The notes: a model not told the origin generated them from the sequence alone. A stretch of 64,000 nt of DNA from an uncultured Chthonomonadaceae bacterium (GCA_963835065.1 CAWIEK010000051.1:63799-127798), one strand, 5' to 3'. Positions 21,138-31,210 are shown, counted from the first letter of the stretch. Numbers and translations are program-made.

Positions 21138-21779
21138 TTGAAGACCATCACCGAATCGCGCCCATTCTGGAGCAACACTGTGGCAGAGGAAGACCCAAAG
21201 GAACAACCGCAACTATCGCCCGCCGGCTTTTGTGACAATCCCCTTTTCGATGTCAATATGCGGTGGGGAGCGCAGCCTGTCCACCTGACCGCGTATCGCT
21301 GTACGCAGCTGCCGCAGGATGCGCCTACCACGTCCGTGCATATCGTGGCGTTTCATGGCGGGCGCGTCCTGGTTGTATGCGACCGCAAGGGCATTTTCGG
21401 CTTTCCCGGCGGACGCCTGGAAGGGTGCGAAACCTGTGACGAAGCGCTGCGGCGCGAGTGTTACGAGGAAGCGCGCGCCCATCTGGAACCGAATTACCGG
21501 CTTTTCGCGGCCATCAAAATCGAATACGCGGAACGGCTGCCCAACCGGGTGTACACCCGCGATTACAGCTATCTCGGCATGTACGTGGGCATGGTTCGCG
21601 CCCTGTCTCCCATCGGTAAAGACCCCGCAGGCGTGGTCATGTCCCGCGATCTGTTCACCTACGCCGACTGCAAGCAGCATCTTCTTAACCAGGATATGAT
21701 ACTGCTGCACGAAGCCTATATCCACCTGATTAAAACGTCGCGCGGCTGCACGTCCGCCCATTCCTTTATGGAACGATAA
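21138..21779 (+). CDS. NUDIX hydrolase
   Basis: FPGGRLEGCETCDEALRRECYEEA Nudix box; start uncertain. Confidence 0.85.
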   Translation: MKTITESRPFWSNTVAEEDPKEQPQLSPAGFCDNPLFDVNMRWGAQPVHLTAYRCTQLPQDAPTTSVHIVAFHGGRVLVVCDRKGIFGFPGGRLEGCETCDEALRRECYEEARAHLEPNYRLFAAIKIEYAERLPNRVYTRDYSYLGMYVGMVRALSPIGKDPAGVVMSRDLFTYADCKQHLLNQDMILLHEAYIHLIKTSRGCTSAHSFMER

Positions 21780-21821
21780 ACCGGCTATCGGGTAAGGAGC
21801 TTTCCGGGGTATATTAGTTTT

Positions 21822-22760
21822 GTGACCAGACGATATGGAGTTATTGATATAGGAACGCGGGGCGTCCGCCTTTTAATTGCGGATGCGTCCGGCGACGGCA
21901 CGATGCGCCCGCTAGTTTCGGAAGGCGATCTTGGCACACTGGGCGCCGGCATGGACAGCAACGGGCTGCTAAGCGTGGAGTCTATGCGGCATGTCGTATC
22001 GCTTGCGCAAAAGTACCGGGTTCAATTCGTCAGGCATCAAGTCGAGAAAAGCGTTGTTGTGTGTACGCAGGCCGTTCGCAACGCGCGCAATGCCGAAGAA
22101 TTTATTCACGATCTGCGACAGGTGATTGCCAACGTTGTTGTCCTCACGCCGGAACAAGAGGCGCAGTATTCGTTTCAAGCGGCTTTTCTGGCATTTCAGG
22201 ATCGTATCGGATTAGACGACAGGTTTCTGGTGGTAGATCAGGGCGGCGGCAGCGTGGAACTCTCGTCTGGCCGACACTCCACGCCGCCCATTTATACGTC
22301 TTTGCCCATCGGAACCGTTGCTCTCACTGCCGCGCTGCTGGATGCCCCCTCCCTGCCGGAAGGCTACTGCCGGGTGGATGAGATCATTTATGAGGCGCTG
22401 GAAACCAATCGCGCGCTGGATGTTCTGCACCGCGAAACACCGGCTTTTATTTTCGGCATGGGCAGCGCGATCCGAAAACTGGGCGAAGCGCTGGCGCGTA
22501 CAAAGAATGTGCATGGCTATGCGATAACGGCCCTGGACATCGCCGAGTGTATCGCTTTTGTACAGGATCAGTTTGGCAGGGCACACGCCGAAAACGCCCA
22601 TTCTCCCCTGCAAATAAACAACGATTTTCTGACAACCGCGTGTGGACTGCTGACGTTTCATCATGTGCTGCAAAAATACGGCGGCGGCGAAGTGATTATG
22701 AGTCTGGAAGGACTGCGGCACGGCGTTTTGCGTTCGCTGGCGATGGAAGATGCAGCATAA
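21822..22760 (+). CDS. Ppx/GppA-family phosphatase-like protein
   Basis: VIDIGTRGVRLLI, TQAVRNARN, EQEA, VDQGGGSVEL, GLRHG. Confidence 0.85.
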   Translation: MTRRYGVIDIGTRGVRLLIADASGDGTMRPLVSEGDLGTLGAGMDSNGLLSVESMRHVVSLAQKYRVQFVRHQVEKSVVVCTQAVRNARNAEEFIHDLRQVIANVVVLTPEQEAQYSFQAAFLAFQDRIGLDDRFLVVDQGGGSVELSSGRHSTPPIYTSLPIGTVALTAALLDAPSLPEGYCRVDEIIYEALETNRALDVLHRETPAFIFGMGSAIRKLGEALARTKNVHGYAITALDIAECIAFVQDQFGRAHAENAHSPLQINNDFLTTACGLLTFHHVLQKYGGGEVIMSLEGLRHGVLRSLAMEDAA

Positions 22761-22790
22761 GTCCGTAATGGGGCATAAGTATTTCCGATT

Positions 22791-23402
22791 ATGAGCAGAC
22801 AAACCACCGGCAGGTTAGTGGTTGCTATCACGGGGGCGAGTGGAGCGCCTTATGCCCTGCGCTTCTTGCAGGAAGCCACGCGCCATTATCAGGAGATTTA
22901 TGTCGCGCTCTCCGATCAGGCGTATCAGGTGATCGGCGTGGAAACCGGGCGCGGCATTACGGCGCAAAACATTTCTACAAAATCGCTGCTTGGTTTTGAC
23001 AGCGACGTAATTCGCTTCGTGGACAAAAAAGACTATTTTTCGCCGCCTGCCAGTGGCTCGTTTCGGCACGACGGCATGGTGATTGTCCCTTGTTCGATGG
23101 GAACGGCCGCGCGCATTGCGCACGGCATCAGCGACGACTTGATTACCCGCGCCGCCGATGTGTGTTTGAAAGAGCGCCGCCCGCTGATTCTGGTTCCGCG
23201 CGAAACGCCCTGGAACCTGGTGCATTTGCGCAACATGACGCAGCTTGCCGAAGCCGGCGCGACCATTCTGCCCGCCGCCCCCGGCTTTTACCACAAGCCG
23301 CAATCGCTTGACGACCTTGTAGATTTTATTGTCGCCCGCATTCTGCAGCAGCTCGGCATCGAGCAGAAACTAACGTTGCAGTGGCAGTACGAAGAAAGTT
23401 AA
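22791..23402 (+). CDS. ubiX: Flavin prenyltransferase UbiX
   Basis: VAITGASGA, ASGS, VPCSMGT, RAADVCLKERRPLILVPRETP, PGFYHKP. Confidence 0.96.
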   Translation: MSRQTTGRLVVAITGASGAPYALRFLQEATRHYQEIYVALSDQAYQVIGVETGRGITAQNISTKSLLGFDSDVIRFVDKKDYFSPPASGSFRHDGMVIVPCSMGTAARIAHGISDDLITRAADVCLKERRPLILVPRETPWNLVHLRNMTQLAEAGATILPAAPGFYHKPQSLDDLVDFIVARILQQLGIEQKLTLQWQYEES

Positions 23403-23471
23403 TGATGAGTGCTGAGTGATGAGTGCTGAATGGGAATTCTATTCACCACTCAGCACTCATCATTCATCACT
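23401..23471. repeat. Inverted pair of 7-mer tandem repeats (TGAGTGM / KCACTCA)
   Basis: aatgatgagtgctgagtgatgagtgctgaat ... attcaccactcagcactcatcattcatcact. Confidence 0.85.
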
Positions 23472-23483
23472 ACTGGCAACACC

Positions 23484-24362
23484 ATGACCGCTTTCACCCG
23501 CAACACCCGCCTGATATTGGAGATGGTGAAGTTCGAGCATACGATCTTTGCCATGCCGTTCGCGCTGATTGCCGCGCTGTTGGCGGCCCGACACGCGCCG
23601 CATGGATTGCAGGCCGGGATAGTATTGTGGATTGTTATGGCAATGGTCGGGGCGCGGAGCGCGGCAATGGCTTTCAATCGGCTTGCCGACGCGGAAATAG
23701 ACCGCGCCAATCCCCGCACCGCCACGCGCCATATTCCCGCCGGGCTGTTGTCCCGCGTTCAGGTTGGGGCATTTCTGCTGTGCAGCGTTATCGTGTTTGA
23801 ACTCGCCGCGTGGGAATTAAATCCGCTTTGTTTGTATCTGTCGCCGGTTGCCCTGCTTGCCGTTTTGGGTTACTCCTATACCAAACGGTTCACAAGCCTG
23901 TGCCATTTGTTTCTCGGCTTCGCTATCGGCATTGCGCCCATCGGGGCGTGGATTGCCGTTTTGGGAAGATTGGACATCGTTCCCCTGCTTCTCGGCCTCA
24001 CCGTAATGCTGTGGATCGGCGGCTTCGACATCATTTACGCGCTGCAGGATTATGATTACGACTGTAGCGCTGCCCTGTTTTCCCTGCCAAAGCGCCTGGG
24101 CAAAGCCAACGCCCTGCGCGTGTCCCGCCTGATGCACTTCGCAGCCGTCAGTTTATTGTTTACCATCGGCGTTTTGTCCGGTCTCCACCTGCTTGCTTTC
24201 ATCGGCATCGGCATTGCCGCCGCCCTGATTGCCTGGGAGCAGAGTCTCGTCAAGCCCGACGACCTTTCCCGCGTCAATCTCGCGTTCTTCACGCTCAACG
24301 GTTGGGTCAGCGTGAGTTTGTTTGTGTTTGTGTTGCTGGACAAAGTAGTGAGTAGCCAGTAG
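23484..24362 (+). CDS. UbiA-like polyprenyltransferase (MqnP-type)
   Basis: KFEHTIFAMPFA, AMAFNRLADAEIDRANPRT, YSYTKRF, FDIIYALQD. Confidence 0.92.
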   Translation: MTAFTRNTRLILEMVKFEHTIFAMPFALIAALLAARHAPHGLQAGIVLWIVMAMVGARSAAMAFNRLADAEIDRANPRTATRHIPAGLLSRVQVGAFLLCSVIVFELAAWELNPLCLYLSPVALLAVLGYSYTKRFTSLCHLFLGFAIGIAPIGAWIAVLGRLDIVPLLLGLTVMLWIGGFDIIYALQDYDYDCSAALFSLPKRLGKANALRVSRLMHFAAVSLLFTIGVLSGLHLLAFIGIGIAAALIAWEQSLVKPDDLSRVNLAFFTLNGWVSVSLFVFVLLDKVVSSQ

Positions 24363-24465
24363 TCAGTAGTCAGTAGCTGTCCTACTCCCTGCTTCTTTAC
24401 TTGTCAAAACTCTGAATAACGCGGCATTCTCTACTGACTACTGACTACTGGCTACTCACTACTTT
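24342..24465. repeat. Inverted pair of 7-mer tandem repeats (AGTAGTC / GACTACT), ~35-bp perfect arms
   Basis: aaagtagtgagtagccagtagtcagtagtcagtag ... ctactgactactgactactggctactcactacttt; contains the ubiA stop. Confidence 0.92.
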
Positions 24466-24466
24466 C

Positions 24467-25258
24467 ATGCGAATTGGCAGCGTACCCTATCTCAATGCAA
24501 AGCCGCAGGTGGATTGGTTTCACAGTTCCGACTGTGACGCGGAGGCCGCGCTGACGTATGCCGTTCCCTCGCGGCTGGCGGAAATGCTGCGCGCGGACGA
24601 GTTGGACGTTGCCAACGTCAGCATTTTCGAGGCATTGCAAAATCCCGAATTGGTGATTGTGCCCGGCATCAGCATTTCCGCGTATCGCGCCGTGAAAAGC
24701 GTCCGCTTGTTTTCCCGCGTCCCGATGGAGCAGATACAATCCGTCGCGCTGGACACCAGCAGCCTGACTTCCAACGCCCTGCTGCAAATTCTGCTCCGCG
24801 AGTCATTTGGCCTGTCGCCCCGTTATATTCACCACGCGCCCGATTTAGACGCCATGCTTGCCCAATGCGACGCCGGCTTAATCATCGGGGATTTGAAGCT
24901 GTTCGACCTGATGCCCGGAACGGTTGTGTACGATCTTGGGCAGGGCTGGCATGACCTGACCGGCTTGCCGTTCGTGTATGCCTGCTGGCTTGCGCGCGAA
25001 GATCGTATCTCAGAGGAAATGACTCAGATTTTAACGGCTGCCAAAAAGTGGGGCTTGTCCCGGCTGGAAGAACTGGCGGTAAAGTGGTCTGCCATCCTGA
25101 ACCTGCCTTTAGATCGCTGCCTCGATTATCTCATTCACGTCATGAACTACGACCTGACGCCCGAACAAATGGAAGGGTTGCGCCTGTACCAGCAAAAATG
25201 CTTTGCGCATGGCCTGATACCTGCCCTCCATCCCCTCCGCTTTCCTAATCATGAATGA
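24467..25258 (+). CDS. mqnA: Chorismate dehydratase (futalosine pathway)
   Basis: RIGSVPYLN, VKSVRLFS, SSLTS, LIIGD, DLGQGWHDLTGLPFVYA. Confidence 0.9.
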   Translation: MRIGSVPYLNAKPQVDWFHSSDCDAEAALTYAVPSRLAEMLRADELDVANVSIFEALQNPELVIVPGISISAYRAVKSVRLFSRVPMEQIQSVALDTSSLTSNALLQILLRESFGLSPRYIHHAPDLDAMLAQCDAGLIIGDLKLFDLMPGTVVYDLGQGWHDLTGLPFVYACWLAREDRISEEMTQILTAAKKWGLSRLEELAVKWSAILNLPLDRCLDYLIHVMNYDLTPEQMEGLRLYQQKCFAHGLIPALHPLRFPNHE

Positions 25259-28200
25259 ATGTGAATAGACAAATGCGCGTACCAACCTCACTTTTTCTAC
25301 TTCTGTGCGCGTGGAGCGTGTTTCTGCCGGCAGGGGCGCAGGAAAAAGCAAGTTCCGTACCTGCGCCTGCTTTTCAGCCTGTTTTGAAACAGTGGCGGAC
25401 TGCGGGCGGGACGTGGCATGTCAAAGCAGAAGCGGGGCAGGATAGTCTTATAGGGGAAGTGGCGGAAACCACACGCGGTTTTGCCGTTGCCGAAGATGCG
25501 CCATTTTCCCAATTGCAAACGCTGGAAACCACGCTTACGCCGACAAAACACATTGGCGCAAGCTGGAGCGCGGGCGGGCTGTGCGCGTACCGTGACCTGG
25601 CAAACTACTGGCGGCTGGCGCTGGTGGAAAGTCCCGACGGCGCCGGGCGTTATGCGGAATTGACGCTGCTGCGGGATGGGCAGGGCGTGGGTGAGCAAAC
25701 CCTGCGCGTTCTCAGCCGTTCCGAACAAACGCTTAATTGGAAGTGGAATACCGCGTATCGTCTTCGATTGACGCTTGCGCCGGATTCTATTATGGGTGAG
25801 GCGCTTGACTCGTCGGGCGTACTGTTGTGGCATATTGCCTACTCTTTGGAGGATGCTTCCCTGCTGCATGTCGGCTGGCCTGCGGTTGGCGTACAGGGGA
25901 TGCAGGCCGCTTTCGGACGCGCGCAGCAGCGCATACCCACAACCGGACTGGATGCGCAAACTGTTGACTGCAAAATGCTGCAGGAGCGCGTTTCTGCTCC
26001 CCATTGGCTCAGTCTGCCGGACAGCCGCCTCGTTATCAATCCTACGATGTCGTCTGCGCCTGCCGTGCCGCCTTCCCTCGCGCCCTCCCTGCCTCTGAAC
26101 CTCGCGTATTATGTCGGGGAAACGCCCTCGCGCCTGCCCTGTTTTTGGGCGTGGCAGGCAAACGCGCAAAACGCGCCGCCGGTTACGGTTACGACTGGTC
26201 CCGCCGCCGATTTTACGCCTGCCGCGTCCGCGCATTGGACAGGTGAACGGGCTATCGCGCGTTTTGCAAACGGACAACTGCGGCTTTCCGTCGCAAGCGT
26301 CCCGTTCGGGTCGCTGACAACGGAAACAGTTGTCGATTTAGAGCAGACGCCGTTTCTGCTGGCGCAGGTTCCGCGCTGCGCGGGGCAATGGGCGCTGAAA
26401 GTAAATTCGGGACAGCAGGCCACAGACACCTACGTGCAGGCGGATACCTCCCAAACCGGAAACTTTTGCTACGACCTGCGCGCGCTGACCGGCTGGCACG
26501 GCAAACGCGCGTTCAAACTGATTTTGTTCGTCATCGGCCTCAAGGACAGCAGCGCGACCTTCAGCAGCCTGCGCTTTGCCGGAACCCGCGACACGCTGCC
26601 CGCGCTCACGTCACAGGAAACGCTCTGGTTCCCGCACCAGATTACTACGCAGGCGCGTACAGCCGACGGCGATATGCAGGCGGATAGTACGATCGGGCTT
26701 GCCGACGCGCAGACCGTTGTTCAAAAACTGCATATTCGGCGAGCAAACGCGCAGTCGCTGGTTTTGACCGGGCAAATCGGGTCGGGAACGGCGCATTGGG
26801 ATGAGGCGCGGCGGATGCTGATTGTGGAAGGGGAAGGCTATCGCGCCGTGATTGCCCCAAGCCGCGCCGCGCGCTGGCTTGGCGGGTTCGCGTCCGGGCT
26901 GGAGCGGCTGGCAGGGCGCAACGGACTGCCAACGGTTCCCGCCAATGGCGTATGGGCGCTTGCCTTTGACAATGTGCAGACAGGCGAAGACATTAGCGTT
27001 GCGGCCCGATTTGCGCCTGTCGGCGACAATGCGCAAAGTGGATTGACGGAGTTGATGAACGCCACAACGCCGTTCGCCACCACGCAGGGAGTAACTTCCG
27101 CACTGGACGCGCAGGCGGAAGCGTGGAACCAACGCCTGAACAGCGTCCCGCACCCGCTTGATTTTACCCTGCGCGCGCTGGAGGCGCGGGGCGCGACTCC
27201 ACAGGCGATACGGCGCACTTATTACAAAGCGTGGGTGTTCCTGTTCGCCAACATTCTGCCCCCACTGCCCGAAAATGGGTTTCCGTACCCGCAGATGCCG
27301 TGCGGCAAAGCCTCGCTGTGGGATGAAGGCGCAACTCATGCCCGCGCTTCCTCGCAATGGGAAAGCTTTATCGCCATGCAGTTCGCCGCCCGTGTCGCGC
27401 CGGATACGGCATGGCAAGCCTACGAGGGATTGCTGTCTCTTGTCGCGCCGGATGGTTCATTGGGCGGAGAAGGGCTGCCGTCGCGCCATGCCGAAACCGC
27501 GTGGATTTTGTATGCGGCGACGGGAGATAAAGCGCGGCTGTCAAAAACCTATCCCGCCCTGAAACGCCTGCTGCTCTGGAAAGCCGCCAATCCCCGCTGG
27601 CTGTACAAGGGTTCCACGCCGCCCGACGAGAAAGATTCCGAATTTGTGGTTCACGCCCTGATGGACATGCGGTACGCGCAGCGCATTGCGGATGTCCTGA
27701 ATATGCCTGATGAAACCATCTTCTGGCAAAATCAGATTACCGCGCTTTCCGCCGATTACCACAAATGGTTTTGGACCCGAACCGACGGCCCAAGCGAACA
27801 TACGTACCGCCTGTTCCGGGCGTCTGCCGGCAAGCGCGAGGAGCCGGATCGCTCGTGGAACCTGCAGGGATTGGTACTGCCGCCCGCCCTGCTGACAGCC
27901 GGGGAGCGCGACACGTTTTTGCGCCTGTTTCGCGCATCCCTCAACCGCGCAACGCCGTTTCTCATCGGGCAGTTGGCCGGGTTTCCCAAGTACAACTTTA
28001 CGCAGCGCGGCGTGTGGCAGTATGGAACGCCGGATGAGGCCGCGCTGATGGCCGAATCCGCCCTGCGCGATGTTACGCTGGCCGGGCAATTTTCAGAAAA
28101 CTACTTCCAGAACTTCCCGCCCGCGCCCACCGGCGTCACGCCCTCCATCTTCGGCGCGGCGCAAATACTGGATGGCGGATTATGGCACAACGGCGTAATC

Positions 28201-28482
28201 GGCGAGGGAGTTTCCCTGCTCGCGCCCCTGCCCGGCGCAGTCGGCGTGATGAACCTTCGCGTTCGAGCATCCATGCCCGCAGCCGGAACAAACACGCCGC
28301 AGACAGCGCCCGTTGATGTGTTGTTTGATTCTATTGACAAACAAGTAACGCTGCAAGGGAGCGGCCTGAAAGCGTTTCGCCTTCCTCCCGGTTTCCAAAA
28401 CATACCTCTGCCCGACGGCACACTACGCTGGCGCGGCAAATACCCTGCCCAGGGCGGCCTTTCCCTGAACTTCCTGCCCTAA
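25255..28482 (+). CDS. Large secreted glycoside hydrolase-like protein (lectin-like N-terminal domains, MGH1/GH63-like alpha/alpha barrel)
   Basis: Signal peptide; YYKAW, QWESF, GQFSENY; 1075 aa; family assignment tentative. Confidence 0.65.
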   Translation: MNVNRQMRVPTSLFLLLCAWSVFLPAGAQEKASSVPAPAFQPVLKQWRTAGGTWHVKAEAGQDSLIGEVAETTRGFAVAEDAPFSQLQTLETTLTPTKHIGASWSAGGLCAYRDLANYWRLALVESPDGAGRYAELTLLRDGQGVGEQTLRVLSRSEQTLNWKWNTAYRLRLTLAPDSIMGEALDSSGVLLWHIAYSLEDASLLHVGWPAVGVQGMQAAFGRAQQRIPTTGLDAQTVDCKMLQERVSAPHWLSLPDSRLVINPTMSSAPAVPPSLAPSLPLNLAYYVGETPSRLPCFWAWQANAQNAPPVTVTTGPAADFTPAASAHWTGERAIARFANGQLRLSVASVPFGSLTTETVVDLEQTPFLLAQVPRCAGQWALKVNSGQQATDTYVQADTSQTGNFCYDLRALTGWHGKRAFKLILFVIGLKDSSATFSSLRFAGTRDTLPALTSQETLWFPHQITTQARTADGDMQADSTIGLADAQTVVQKLHIRRANAQSLVLTGQIGSGTAHWDEARRMLIVEGEGYRAVIAPSRAARWLGGFASGLERLAGRNGLPTVPANGVWALAFDNVQTGEDISVAARFAPVGDNAQSGLTELMNATTPFATTQGVTSALDAQAEAWNQRLNSVPHPLDFTLRALEARGATPQAIRRTYYKAWVFLFANILPPLPENGFPYPQMPCGKASLWDEGATHARASSQWESFIAMQFAARVAPDTAWQAYEGLLSLVAPDGSLGGEGLPSRHAETAWILYAATGDKARLSKTYPALKRLLLWKAANPRWLYKGSTPPDEKDSEFVVHALMDMRYAQRIADVLNMPDETIFWQNQITALSADYHKWFWTRTDGPSEHTYRLFRASAGKREEPDRSWNLQGLVLPPALLTAGERDTFLRLFRASLNRATPFLIGQLAGFPKYNFTQRGVWQYGTPDEAALMAESALRDVTLAGQFSENYFQNFPPAPTGVTPSIFGAAQILDGGLWHNGVIGEGVSLLAPLPGAVGVMNLRVRASMPAAGTNTPQTAPVDVLFDSIDKQVTLQGSGLKAFRLPPGFQNIPLPDGTLRWRGKYPAQGGLSLNFLP

Positions 28483-28865
28483 ACACTAATGCCGTTCATG
28501 TAAGGATTCGTAAGTCTATAACTTCCCGCTGATTCGGGAAGTCGAGCTTTGCTAACGGGAAGTGGGGAAAGCGTTAGACAAGCGGCAGGCAGAGAAAAGA
28601 GCAGGAAAAAGCAATATGTAGAGTCATCGTCGAAATCTTGGCAATGCAGCGCTTCCAGCCCGATGTCTCGTTGTGTCAAGTTGTAGGAGAGAGGCGTCGT
28701 GGCCTCAGCAGCGTCAGGGCGGACGGGAGGAGTGGGACATGGGCCTGTACCTCCTTTGCTAAATAGTAGACACTTGTACTATTTAGACAGGGAAATGGGG
28801 CAAAAGGTTCACTGTTTTCGCGCTGTGAAGCTTTTTTTATCTTTTTTGTCTTCATCTGTGTGAAC

Positions 28866-29885
28866 CTAATATCCCTTGACAGGATCGAAAAGGTTTTGTA
28901 GGGGTTCGTTGGCGAGAAAGCGGCGCAGGTTTGCGTTGAAAAGTTCGGCAAAGCGGTGGAAGTAGAAGGGCGTGATGCCGGATACGTGGGGCGTGAGGAT
29001 AACGTTTTCCATGCGCCAAAGCGGGCTGTCAGCGTTGAGAGGTTCCGTCTCGAACACGTCCAGGCCCGCGCCCGCCAGCTTGCCCTGCTCCAGCGCGGCG
29101 ACCAATGCGGCCTCGTCTATGGTGCTGCCCCTGCCGATGTTGTACAGATAGGCGGTCGGCTTGCAATGGGAAAGCATTTCCGCGTTGAGGAAGTGGTGAG
29201 TTTCGGGGGTGTGGGGAAGGGTCACGCAGATGTGGTCGGACTCGGCCATAAGGCGCGGCAATTCGTCCATTCCGTACACGGCGTCAACGGGAACCTGCGC
29301 GTCATAGCGCGTCTTGGGGTCGCGCTTGGTGGCAACAATTCGCATATCGAACGATTTGGCGCGAACGGCAAGGGACTCGCCAATCCGTCCCAACCCCACG
29401 ATGCCCAATGTCTGCCCGGTCAGTTCACCTGCGGCGCTGCGGCGGGGCTGGCGGTTCCATTTTTCCTGTCCCCAATTGTCGCGCTTCCATTCGCCTTCCA
29501 GTTGCCGGCGAAAATAAAACGGCTCGTTGCGGGTGAACATCAGCATGAACATCATTACGTGTTCGGCGATGTTGGGGCCATGTACGCCGCTGGCATTGGT
29601 CAGCAGCATATTTCGGGCTGCAAGCTGCGGCGTGTACTTGCCGTCCATGCCCGCGCTCCAAAACGCGATCCACTTCAGTTTCGCGGCCTGTTCCAGTTGT
29701 TCGGGTGACAGGTTACCGCAAACCGCAATGTCCGTATCCGGCAGCAGGGCGTCGGCCTCTTCACTGCGGCTGAAGCGCAGTTCGATCTGTTCGCGCAGTT
29801 GGGCGTCCGCTTCCACAACACTCCGAAACGTCTGCGCGTCCGCATCGTCCGGGGCCAGCAGCACAAGCACAATGGTTTTGGTCAT
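28866..29885 (-). CDS. D-2-hydroxyacid dehydrogenase
   Basis: GIVGLGRIG, NIGRG, GAGLDVFETEPL, ILTPHVSG. Confidence 0.95.
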   Translation of the reverse strand: MTKTIVLVLLAPDDADAQTFRSVVEADAQLREQIELRFSRSEEADALLPDTDIAVCGNLSPEQLEQAAKLKWIAFWSAGMDGKYTPQLAARNMLLTNASGVHGPNIAEHVMMFMLMFTRNEPFYFRRQLEGEWKRDNWGQEKWNRQPRRSAAGELTGQTLGIVGLGRIGESLAVRAKSFDMRIVATKRDPKTRYDAQVPVDAVYGMDELPRLMAESDHICVTLPHTPETHHFLNAEMLSHCKPTAYLYNIGRGSTIDEAALVAALEQGKLAGAGLDVFETEPLNADSPLWRMENVILTPHVSGITPFYFHRFAELFNANLRRFLANEPLQNLFDPVKGY

Positions 29886-31207
29886 GCCGTCGCCCTTTCG
29901 TCCGCTGCATCTTTATCTGTTACATCTTTGTCCGCCGCCTCGTCGTCCGGTTCCGCGCCGTCATTGAGAAGTTTACTCAGGGCTTCGCGGCACTCCCAAA
30001 AGTTCAATTCGCGTATGGCGCTTTTAACAACAGTGATGTCGGAGGGTGGCACAATCAAGGCCGCGCTTCCCGCCCCGACAAGCTGCTCCAGCGCCGATTG
30101 GTTGTTGGCGTCCAGCCCGCCGCTTTCTTCCAGACTGCCGAACGTTGCCAGCCACGACGCCACATAAACAGGCAGCATGGCCGTATTCGCGGCGCGTATC
30201 ATGGCATCTAAGGACGACAACAACGGAATTTCCAGTGCGGCATATTCCAGGCTGACAAGGACGCGCATCGCCCCGTTATACGCCATTCGATCCATGAAAA
30301 ACGTCGCTTGTTCCGGGTCTTCTAAGGCTGCGTTGGCCTCCATGAAGTCCAGGGGCAAGTTCACGGCGAAACGGGGCACGTCGCACAGCACATCATTGGC
30401 AAGGCAGTCGGCGCGCGCCTCGTTCAACTCCTGCCCCATTTCGCCCACGCCCAGCCCTTCCAGGTGCGGCATAAGCGGGCAGGCAATCGTCAGGTCGGCC
30501 TTGACCGCCGCTTCGAGAAGCAAAGGGGCAGGCAGCGCGTAATCGTCTGCCAACAGCAACGGTTTGCCGCCCGCCTGCTGTATCAGTTGCAGTAAGGTTT
30601 CGCGCTGTTCATCCTCGTCGGCATCAGCGGGAAGCAGGGGAGAACCATACGGCACGTACAGCGCGTCCGCGCCATTGGCCTGCGCGGTTTCGATAGCGTC
30701 CGGGGTTGTCACCTGCGCGAACACCTGCACCGCCCGCCCGTCCAGCGTATACGCCGCCAGATGCCCCTCGTCCAAATACAAACGTTTTTTGGGAGCCATG
30801 TTGTTACGCATCGTCTGGTACTGCGCAAACGCCACGCCGTCCGGGTTGGCGACAACGACGCCCCGGCTGGCATCCACCACCATGAGCATATCTTCTTCAA
30901 TGGCTTCCAGCAGTCCGGCAACGCCCACAACGGCAGGCGTTTCGTTCAGAGGAGAATCAGCGCCCTCTACAGCCGCAATGCCAACGACGTTGCCCCATCG
31001 CACCGAATCCGCAATCGCAACCGCCGTCGCGTAATCATTGGCAACCAGGATAATGTCCGGCGTTTCCTCCCCCCGGCGTTTGGCAAGCTGCTCCATAATG
31101 CGCGGCGGAATCGCGGGCGGCAGGGGAAAGCCGTTACGCAACCGCACGACCGCCGCCGTGCCAAGCGCAATCCCCGTTCCCAATCCCGTTCCCTGCAAAC
31201 TTGCCAT
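29882..31207 (-). CDS. Degenerate PTS enzyme I / PEP-utilising-like protein
   Basis: LQGTGLGTGIALG N-terminus, PAVVGV..MVVDASRGVVVANP, AYTLDGRAVQVFA..GADAL, final VKSAIRELNFWECRE all echo PtsI, but the TSH phospho-His motif is absent. Confidence 0.65.
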   Translation of the reverse strand: MASLQGTGLGTGIALGTAAVVRLRNGFPLPPAIPPRIMEQLAKRRGEETPDIILVANDYATAVAIADSVRWGNVVGIAAVEGADSPLNETPAVVGVAGLLEAIEEDMLMVVDASRGVVVANPDGVAFAQYQTMRNNMAPKKRLYLDEGHLAAYTLDGRAVQVFAQVTTPDAIETAQANGADALYVPYGSPLLPADADEDEQRETLLQLIQQAGGKPLLLADDYALPAPLLLEAAVKADLTIACPLMPHLEGLGVGEMGQELNEARADCLANDVLCDVPRFAVNLPLDFMEANAALEDPEQATFFMDRMAYNGAMRVLVSLEYAALEIPLLSSLDAMIRAANTAMLPVYVASWLATFGSLEESGGLDANNQSALEQLVGAGSAALIVPPSDITVVKSAIRELNFWECREALSKLLNDGAEPDDEAADKDVTDKDAADERATA

Positions 31208-31210
31208 TGG

